A stretch of DNA of 64,000 nucleotides, taken from NCBI GenBank assembly GCA_009392915.1, contig CP045477.1, positions 96,001 through 160,000 on the forward strand, written 5' to 3'. The notes under the pieces were generated by a model, which was given only the letters and a program-made list of their open reading frames with translations, was not told the origin of the DNA and made no database searches. This stretch comes from Candidatus Forterrea multitransposorum CG_2015-17_Forterrea_25_41. Lineage in GTDB: Archaea; Iainarchaeota; Iainarchaeia; Iainarchaeales; CSSED10-239. Shown here one piece after another: positions 55,462-62,610 of this stretch. Position numbers and translations under genes: made by a program. Within the stretch, counting starts at the first letter, position 1, and every line of letters starts with the position of its first letter.

Positions 55462-55647
55462 ATGAAATTAATTATAGATTCTAAATTAGATATATCTTTA
55501 AAAGAATGGTCTGAAGGAAAAAAATCTTTAGGAGATGTTTCTAAAGAAAATAATTTATCTATATGTCAAACAATGGAAGAAGCTAAAAAAAGAGGTCTTT
55601 CTTCAAGCATATCTTTAGAAGATATAAAAGATGATTTCAACTTATAA
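55462..55647 (+). CDS. UPF0175-like small protein (orphan antitoxin-like)
   Basis: 61 aa. SLKEWSEGKKSLGDVSKENNLSICQTMEEAKKRGL resembles the UPF0175 core (..Y..G.[IL]SLG.AA.LAG.S...F...L...G[IL]), as does the gene at 58120. Confidence 0.45.
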   Translation: MKLIIDSKLDISLKEWSEGKKSLGDVSKENNLSICQTMEEAKKRGLSSSISLEDIKDDFNL

Positions 55648-55742
55648 AGGTTATTTATAGTTTTTTCTTATATTTTATTTTTAATAATCTTTTTTTAAAT
55701 TAATTTTTATAATTAATAAATATCTTTAAAAGGTTATTTTCA

Positions 55743-55801
55743 ATTCCTTTATAAATATTTTGCTTCTTATTAATATTTATGTATTTCAAAATACTTTTAT
55801 C
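55743..55801 (+). promoter_or_regulatory. shared ~58-nt promoter/leader element, copy B (upstream of the AsnRS-like gene)
   Basis: See copy A. The 20-mer at 55743-55762 is identical, TATA box at 55748-55757, about 235 nt before ATG 55983. Confidence 0.5.
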
Positions 55802-55982
55802 AAAAACAAGATTTTTACAAATCTACTTATTTTCTGTAGTTAACTTTAATCTCCTTTAGAGGGAGAGAATTTAATATTTATCGGTTTATATAATATTTAT
55901 AGTACTTTATTAAAATAAAGTCTAAACATATTTATAGTAATTTTTAAAAAAAATATATTTATAAAAAAGGAGTTAATAATTT

Positions 55983-57287
55983 ATGGAAAAAAAATATTTA
56001 TCAATAAAAGAAGTTTTAGAAAAGAAAGAAGGAGAGGTATCTTTAAGAGGATGGGTACACAGGTTTAGAGACCAAAAGACAACAATCTTTATAACCTTAA
56101 GAGATGTTACAGGGGTAATACAACTTGTGTGTGATCAAGATAAAGTATCTCCAGAGCTTTTTGAAAAAATAAAACAAACAACTATAGAATCATCAATAGT
56201 TGTTTCTGGAACTGTAAGAAAAGAAGAAAGATCTCCTCAAGGTTATGAAATTGATATAAAAGATTATGAGATTGCAGGTCTTGCAGAAACTTATCCAATA
56301 TCAAAAGATTTTTCTGAAGAATTTCTTTTAGATGTAAGACACTTATGGTTAAGATCAAGAAAAATGCAAGCAATCTTAAAAATAAGATCAACTGTCTTTA
56401 GAGCTATTCATGATTATTTTAGAAGTCAAGATTATTATGAATATCAATCTCCAGTTCTTCAGTCAGTTCAATGTGAAGGAGGATCAAGTTTATTTAAGGT
56501 TGATTACTTTGAAAAGAAAGGTGTCTTTTTAGCACAGACATGGCAATTGTATGCAGAGCCAGCTATCTTTTCTTTAGAAAGAATATATACAATCTCTCCA
56601 TCTTTTAGAGCGGAAAAGTCAAAGACAACAAGACATTTAGCTGAATATTGGCATGCAGAGATGGAAGGAGCTTGGGTTTCTTTTGAAGAGTTACAAGAGC
56701 ATGCAGAAGGTTTAATAAAAAAAGTAATCTCTGATGTTTTAAAACACCATAGAGATGATCTTGAAACTTTAAAGAGAGATGTTAAAGTTTTAGAAACTGC
56801 AATTTCAAAACCTTTTGTAAAAATGACATACACCGAAGCTTTAGAGATTTTAAAAAAAGAGCATGACATGCATGTTGAATGGGGAAAAGACCTAAGAACT
56901 GTTGAAGAGGATCTTTTATCTAAAATGTATGATACTTTTATTATTATTACAAGATATCCAAAAGAAGTAAAAGCTTTTTATATGAAAGAAGATCCACAAG
57001 ACCCTAGAGTAGTTTTAGGTTTTGATTGTATCGGTCCTGAAGGTTATGGTGAGATTATAGGTGCAAGTGAAAGAGAGGATGATATTAAAAAAATAGTTGA
57101 AAGACTTGAAAAAGACGGAGAAGATGTCTCACAATATGATTTCTATCTTGACACTAGAAAATATGGTTCTGTCCCTCATTCTGGTTTTGGAATGGGTGTT
57201 GAAAGAATAATCTCTTATATCATAAAAGCTGATACAATAAAGGATGCTATTGCTTTCCCTAGAACAATGGTAAGGTATAGACCTTAA
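55983..57287 (+). CDS. asnS: class IIb aminoacyl-tRNA synthetase, AsnRS-like (Asn/Asp not fully resolved)
   Basis: N-terminal OB anticodon-binding domain. Motif 2 FRAEKSKTTRHLAEYWHAEME is closer to AsnRS FRAENSNTSRHLAEFW than to archaeal AspRS. Motif 3 GFGMGVERII...AFPR. 434 aa. Confidence 0.7.
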   Translation: MEKKYLSIKEVLEKKEGEVSLRGWVHRFRDQKTTIFITLRDVTGVIQLVCDQDKVSPELFEKIKQTTIESSIVVSGTVRKEERSPQGYEIDIKDYEIAGLAETYPISKDFSEEFLLDVRHLWLRSRKMQAILKIRSTVFRAIHDYFRSQDYYEYQSPVLQSVQCEGGSSLFKVDYFEKKGVFLAQTWQLYAEPAIFSLERIYTISPSFRAEKSKTTRHLAEYWHAEMEGAWVSFEELQEHAEGLIKKVISDVLKHHRDDLETLKRDVKVLETAISKPFVKMTYTEALEILKKEHDMHVEWGKDLRTVEEDLLSKMYDTFIIITRYPKEVKAFYMKEDPQDPRVVLGFDCIGPEGYGEIIGASEREDDIKKIVERLEKDGEDVSQYDFYLDTRKYGSVPHSGFGMGVERIISYIIKADTIKDAIAFPRTMVRYRP

Positions 57288-57595
57288 TTTTTTAAAAGAT
57301 AAAAGTATTATACTTTTTATAATACTTTTTCTTATATTATTTTAGATAATTTTATTTTGGGAATATATGATTAAAAATAAATCTAAGATTGTTTTAGAAG
57401 TAATTAAAGAAGTTGAAAAATTAAAAAAACAAAAGATTAAACCAATGTCAAAGAATGATTTAAATGATTTCTTTGAAAATGCTAAAAATTAATTTTTTAT
57501 ATTTAAATATTTTTTATATTCAATTTATTTGTCTAATTTTGTTTTTGTAATACAAATAGATTGTTTTTTAAACTTTTTGTATTACATAAATATAT

Positions 57596-58099
57596 ATGTT
57601 AAATAATAAAGTTAATGCTGTAATTGACTCTTCATTTTGGATAAACTTGAGTAGAGTTGATCTTACAAAATATTTATTAGATTATTTTACTATTTATTCT
57701 ACCATAAAAGTAAAAGAAGAACTTTTTGATTTTTACGAAAGAAGAGGTTATTTTTCAAAAGATTCTTATCTTTTTAAGTTATATTTAGAAGCAGATTTTA
57801 TTATTTTAAAAGACCTTAAAGAAATTACTTTAAAAATAAAGCAAGAATTGTCAAAAGATTCTGGAGAGTTATATTCTGCTGCTCTTTTAAAGGAAATTGG
57901 AGGTGTTTTTTTAACAGATGATAAGGGGGCACTTAATTTTTGCAAAAATAATAATCTTTTTGCAATTACTTCTGTTTATTTAATAGTTAGACTTTATAAG
58001 GATAATTTAATATCAAAAGAAAAAGCTAAATTTTCAATTATGCGATTAAAAGGAAAAATAAGTAATATACATATACAATCTGCTTTAAAGGATTTATAG
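57596..58099 (+). CDS. PIN-like nuclease, DUF3368-type toxin
   Basis: N-terminal VIDSSFWINL (acidic PIN site), later ..GELYSAALLKEIG..FLTDDKGA... Directly followed by a UPF0175 gene, the usual partner of DUF3368. Confidence 0.6.
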   Translation: MLNNKVNAVIDSSFWINLSRVDLTKYLLDYFTIYSTIKVKEELFDFYERRGYFSKDSYLFKLYLEADFIILKDLKEITLKIKQELSKDSGELYSAALLKEIGGVFLTDDKGALNFCKNNNLFAITSVYLIVRLYKDNLISKEKAKFSIMRLKGKISNIHIQSALKDL

Positions 58100-58119
58100 T
58101 ATAAAAGGAGGTTTTTAAC

Positions 58120-58476
58120 ATGGTTAAAAAAGATTATAAATTGAAATCTTATAGATTATCTGATAGTTCCTTAAAATTAATATATAATGTTTCTAAAGAA
58201 AAAGATTTGAGTGAATCTGAAGCTTTAAGAATGTTAGTTGACAAAGGGCTTTATGAATATAAGTTAGAGTCAGCAATAAAAACATATTATGATAAAAATT
58301 TAGATTTAACTGCTGGAGCAAAACTTGCTGGTATTTCCAAAAGAGAGTTTATGGAAGAACTTTCAAGAAAAGGGGAAGGTATTAATCTTTCAAAAGAAGA
58401 TTATGATTATTCTAAAAAATCTTTTGAAAAATTATTTGGAAAAACAAAAAAGAAAACTACTCAAAAGCCCAAGTAG
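58120..58476 (+). CDS. UPF0175-family antitoxin-like protein
   Basis: ..AIKTYYDKNLDLTAGAKLAGISKREFMEELSRKGEGI matches the UPF0175 core. The N-terminal part looks RHH-like (KSYRLSDSSLKLI). Confidence 0.6.
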   Translation: MVKKDYKLKSYRLSDSSLKLIYNVSKEKDLSESEALRMLVDKGLYEYKLESAIKTYYDKNLDLTAGAKLAGISKREFMEELSRKGEGINLSKEDYDYSKKSFEKLFGKTKKKTTQKPK

Positions 58477-59905
58477 TTTTTTCTTTAGAATCAAAAAGAA
58501 TAACTCCTTTTTTCTTAAGGTTTATTCTTATGATGTCTGCTTCTTCCCATTTCTTAGAATCTCTTAATTCTTGTCTTTTTAAAATTAATTTTTCAATTTC
58601 TTCAACAGGCATTTTATTTTTTGCTTTATTTTCACTATTACTTTCAAAATTTAAAACTTTAAAAACAAGATTTACTTTTTTCAAAAATTCTAAAATCTGT
58701 GATGCTTCTTCTCTGGTTAATTTTTCTTGATCCATTAGTTTGTTTGTTTCTTTTACAAGGAAAAAGATTTGCGCCCATGCATTTGGTGTGTTAAGATCAT
58801 CATCCATGGCTTTTTCAAAATTAAAGATTGATGTTTCAATAATTTCTTTTGCATAAAACATTTCTTTTTCTTGTTTAACTTCTTGAAGTCTTCTTATATA
58901 GTTGTTTAGGTTTTGTAAAGTTTTTTTAGCATCTAAAATAGATTGTTCTGTATAGTTTTGTGGTTTTCTATAATGTCCTGTTGAGAAAACATATCTAAGT
59001 TCTTCAGCTGTATTTTTCTTTAAAAAGTCTTCAATGGTTATAAAGTTTCCTAAGGATTTTCCCATTTTCTTTCCATCAATTGAAAGCATTGCTGTATGTA
59101 CCCAGTAGTTTACCATCTTATGATTTAAACAACCAAAGTTTTGTGCAATTTCATTTTCATGATGAGGGAAAACATGTTCTATTCCTCCGCCATGAATATC
59201 AAAATTATCTCCAAGATATTTATTACCCATAACTGAACATTCCATGTGCCAACCAGGATAGCCAAGACCCCATGGAGAATTCCATTTCAAGATATGCTCT
59301 GATTTTGCTTTTATCCAAACTGCAAAGTCTGCTGGGTTTTTCTTTTCTTCATCATTTTTAAATCTTGTATCTTTTAAAAGATCTTCAATCTTTCTGTTTG
59401 AAAAAGAACCATATTCTGAATATTTTGAAACATCAAAATAAATTCCATTTTTAGTTTCATATGCAAAACCATTTTCAAGAAGTTTTTTAACCCATTCTAT
59501 TATTTCTGGAACATGTGCTGAGGCTTGTGGTTCTATGTTTGGTCTTGATATTTTTAAATCATCAAAAGCTTTCCACATTCTATGTGAATATTTATAAGCA
59601 AGTTCCATTGGGTGTACTTTTCTTTCTTTTGCTCTTTTTGTCATTTTGTCTTCTCCAGAATCTCCTAAGCCATCATCTGTTAGATGACCAACATCTGTAA
59701 TGTTTCTAACATAGAAAATCTGGTAGTTATGAAAAATTTTAAAATAATTGATTAAAAGATCATAGTAGATATATGACATTGCATGCCCTAAATGAACATC
59801 ATCATAAACAGTTACTCCACACACATATATTTTAAGTAAACCTTTTTCAACAGGTTTAAAGGCTTCTTTTTTTCTTGTAAGTGTGTTGTAGAGTTTTATT
59901 GTCAT
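58457..59905 (-). CDS. cysS: cysteinyl-tRNA synthetase
   Basis: CGVTVYDDVHLGHA (HIGH), KMGKSLGN (KMSKS), ..GGIEHVFPHHENE.. 482 aa. Confidence 0.95.
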   Translation of the reverse strand: MTIKLYNTLTRKKEAFKPVEKGLLKIYVCGVTVYDDVHLGHAMSYIYYDLLINYFKIFHNYQIFYVRNITDVGHLTDDGLGDSGEDKMTKRAKERKVHPMELAYKYSHRMWKAFDDLKISRPNIEPQASAHVPEIIEWVKKLLENGFAYETKNGIYFDVSKYSEYGSFSNRKIEDLLKDTRFKNDEEKKNPADFAVWIKAKSEHILKWNSPWGLGYPGWHMECSVMGNKYLGDNFDIHGGGIEHVFPHHENEIAQNFGCLNHKMVNYWVHTAMLSIDGKKMGKSLGNFITIEDFLKKNTAEELRYVFSTGHYRKPQNYTEQSILDAKKTLQNLNNYIRRLQEVKQEKEMFYAKEIIETSIFNFEKAMDDDLNTPNAWAQIFFLVKETNKLMDQEKLTREEASQILEFLKKVNLVFKVLNFESNSENKAKNKMPVEEIEKLILKRQELRDSKKWEEADIIRINLKKKGVILFDSKEKTTWAFE

Positions 59906-60141
59906 ATATTTTTCACCTTTTTATAATATATTTATAATTAATATTATAGTATAAAAAGTTTATAAAATGCTTCTTTTGTTTTATTTTTGTAATTTTTAAT
60001 ATTTTAAGAATATATATAAATATATTGTTTCTTATATAATATATAGTTTAGATAGTTATTGTTAACTTAAAAACTATATTTAATTAATTTAAATTTATGA
60101 AATAATAATTATGGAACATTTATAAAAGAGGTTTTATTAAT

Positions 60142-62544
60142 ATGCAAAAGAGATTAGGTATTTTAGGTATTTTTTTAATAGTTTTAATGTTTGTTTTTTC
60201 ATCAGGCTTTGTTTTTGCTGAAAATTCATTTGTAAGTTATAGTTCTACTTCAAAAGTAGGTTGGGAAATAACTTCTGCTGAAATTACAAATGATAATATT
60301 GAAATTAATTACATGAATAATCTTGAAGCAAGAGATTCTTGTAAAACAAATGAAAGAACTTTTATGTGGGTTCCTTTTGCAACAGAATATAGAGGTTTGT
60401 TTTTAGTAACTCTTTTTGTTCCTAATAATTTTAATAATGAATCTGGATTTGATTCATTTTTGTATGATAATTTGTCTGACAGAGGAAAAAGTGAAAATGA
60501 AACAGAAGATACTCTTAAAAAATATGAACGATATTTAAAAAGTAATGATCCTACTTTTATGAATTATTTAAATAGTTATGTTAGTGAAGATAAATATTTT
60601 TATATAGTTAAAATTGAAGATGATTTTAAACAAAATAAAAATTATACTCATAATATTGATTTAAGTATGATTAATGAATTAGATAAATTTGGAAAAGTTT
60701 ATATTTATTTATATGATCATTGTGGAAGTTTATCTTCATTTTATCATAATGACTATAAAATTTCTAAAAATCTTGCGAAAGCAGTTTATAATTTTAGTGA
60801 TGGTCAAGAAGAAACTTCTAAAAAAGAAAATGCTACTTCAATAAAATTATCTTCTTCTATTGAAGATAATAAAATAAAATTAGATTCAAATGTTACTGAT
60901 AATGTTAATATTTATTATACATTAGATGATTTTAATTTAGAAAACCATTTTAAATCAAAATTTGTTGAATTTAATTATAATAAAGAAAAAATAAATACTT
61001 ATCTTAAAAGTAATTCTTGGAATATTAATCAATTTGGGGTAAATTTTAAAGTGACTAAATATACTGCACCTGTATCTTTATCTTCTGGACAAAAACTAAA
61101 TGCAATTGCAGTTAATTATGATAATTTTACTTTAAGTAATTATCTTGAAGGAATTACTCTTTCATCTTCTGAAAATTATTCTTCATCTTCTCAAAGCAAT
61201 AATTTTTCAATTAACTTTAAAGAAGATAAAAAAACAGATAATGTGATTTGTGAAAAGGAAACAAAAATTTGTTATGTTAAATTTAATCAAAACATTGATT
61301 TAGATTTAATTGCAAATAAAGTAAATGATGGAAATGTTTATTTTTATATTAATGATATAGAAGGAGATATTGAAAATATTGTAAAAAGCTTATCTTCTCC
61401 TCTTTTAAATATTACACCACCTGCTAAATTAAATGATAATAAACTAAGTTTAGGAAGTAATTTATTCAAATATTCAGATTTAGAAAATTATACTCTAAAT
61501 CTTAATCAAAATGAATCAAAGTTTTTTACTATTAGTGCTTTCCAATTAAATACAAATGTTGATAAGTTATATTTTGTATTTTTACCTGACGAAAACTTTG
61601 AAGATTTAGTAAAATATAAAACTTTACAAAAAATAATAAATTCTGTATATTGTGATGGTTGTAAAATTCCAGATTGGATGCCAAATGGATTAATAATTGA
61701 TAATCAAAATTTATCTACTAGTGATCCTGATCCTTCTACTAGTGATCCTGATCCTTCTACTAGTGATCCAAATTGTAAATATACTGGTGATTTTGAAATT
61801 TTATGTGATTTTCATATCTTTAATTTAGATAAAGATATTGGAAGTAGTTCTATTGATAGTTCAGCAGGAACATTTAGCCCTAAAGAAACATATTATTTAG
61901 AAATTGAATATTTTTATAATGATAAAAAAAATAATTTTAATAAAAATTTAGAAGCTTATAAATTATTTGAATCTGAAAAAAATAATTTTAATCTTACTGA
62001 AAATGAAATTACAATATTTTTTTCAATAATTGGAGGAGAATCCTCTTTTTTAAATGATCAAGCTGGTGATCAAGGAGAATCTATAGGTTTAACTCAAATA
62101 AATAAACCTATATGGAGAACAGAAAGTGGTTTTAATGATCTAAAAGTATATCTTCCAAGTGAAGTTAATACAGTTGAAAAATATTATAAATATTTTGATG
62201 ATTCTAAAAATGATTTAAATAAATCTTTATATTTAGGTCTTGCAGTTTTTAAATATAATTTAAATTATGCTAAAAATAATATTTCTAACTTTAATTCAAA
62301 GTATTCAGATATTGATAGAGCATTTATAATGTTTTACGCACACCAGTTTAATATAAGAGATACAAAAACATTCTTTAATACTGTAAATATTCCTACAGAT
62401 AAAGAAAATGTAATTATTAATTGTGCAGGAACTGGTAATGATTTATTCCAAAATTCTTCTTTAAAGAAACTTGGTTGTGTTGCGACTGTAGGTTCTGTAA
62501 GAAAAATTGGATGGTATCTTAATTACATAAATAATTTAAATTAA
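60142..62544 (+). CDS. secreted 800-aa protein with C-terminal lytic-transglycosylase-like (SLT, PF01464-like) domain
   Basis: Signal peptide LGIFLIVLMFVFSSGFVFA. C-terminal ..IIGGESSFLNDQAGDQGESIGLTQI.. matches the SLT pattern ES.F...A.S..GA.GLMQ. Downstream ..LYLGLAVFKYNL.. and ..FIMFYAHQ.. resemble later SLT helices. An STSDPDP linker precedes it. Confidence 0.55.
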   Translation: MQKRLGILGIFLIVLMFVFSSGFVFAENSFVSYSSTSKVGWEITSAEITNDNIEINYMNNLEARDSCKTNERTFMWVPFATEYRGLFLVTLFVPNNFNNESGFDSFLYDNLSDRGKSENETEDTLKKYERYLKSNDPTFMNYLNSYVSEDKYFYIVKIEDDFKQNKNYTHNIDLSMINELDKFGKVYIYLYDHCGSLSSFYHNDYKISKNLAKAVYNFSDGQEETSKKENATSIKLSSSIEDNKIKLDSNVTDNVNIYYTLDDFNLENHFKSKFVEFNYNKEKINTYLKSNSWNINQFGVNFKVTKYTAPVSLSSGQKLNAIAVNYDNFTLSNYLEGITLSSSENYSSSSQSNNFSINFKEDKKTDNVICEKETKICYVKFNQNIDLDLIANKVNDGNVYFYINDIEGDIENIVKSLSSPLLNITPPAKLNDNKLSLGSNLFKYSDLENYTLNLNQNESKFFTISAFQLNTNVDKLYFVFLPDENFEDLVKYKTLQKIINSVYCDGCKIPDWMPNGLIIDNQNLSTSDPDPSTSDPDPSTSDPNCKYTGDFEILCDFHIFNLDKDIGSSSIDSSAGTFSPKETYYLEIEYFYNDKKNNFNKNLEAYKLFESEKNNFNLTENEITIFFSIIGGESSFLNDQAGDQGESIGLTQINKPIWRTESGFNDLKVYLPSEVNTVEKYYKYFDDSKNDLNKSLYLGLAVFKYNLNYAKNNISNFNSKYSDIDRAFIMFYAHQFNIRDTKTFFNTVNIPTDKENVIINCAGTGNDLFQNSSLKKLGCVATVGSVRKIGWYLNYINNLN
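61714..61770 (+). repeat. perfect 21-nt in-frame tandem repeat (2.7 copies) encoding STSDPDP
   Basis: TCTACTAGTGATCCTGATCCT at 61714-61734 and 61735-61755, then TCTACTAGTGATCCA at 61756-61770. Confidence 0.95.
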
Positions 62545-62610
62545 ATATTTTTACTTTAATTAAAAGAGAAACAATTCTCTTTTTATTTCTTTATTTACTA
62601 TATATTATAT

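Noticed and set aside
52415-55982. Idea that the aaRS leaders are bacterial-type T-box riboswitches
   Set aside because: I could not find the conserved T-box sequence (AAUUAGGGUGGUACCGCG-like), a stem-I K-turn/specifier-loop layout, or a UGGN bulge complementary to the ACCA 3' end of tRNA-Ile. Only the generic alternative-pairing logic is reported.
57367-57492. 41-aa ORF (MIKNKSKIVLEVIKEVEKLKKQKIKPMSKNDLNDFFENAKN) between the asnS-like gene and the PIN gene
   Set aside because: There is no convincing SD and no motif. An ORF of this length is expected by chance, so it is left unannotated.
54960-59700. Antisense or off-frame ORFs within ileS, the asnS-like gene, the UPF0175 gene and cysS (54960-55193, 55203-55400, 56182-56391, 56504-56869, 58325-58567, 58530-58730, 59515-59700)
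   Set aside because: All are nested in genes with unambiguous aaRS or UPF0175 motifs, so they are shadow ORFs.
61714-61770. Checked tandem repeats here and at 8124-8195 for CRISPR-like structure
   Set aside because: The repeats are contiguous with no spacers, in-frame and inside coding sequence. No cas genes and no repeat-spacer array occur anywhere in the window.
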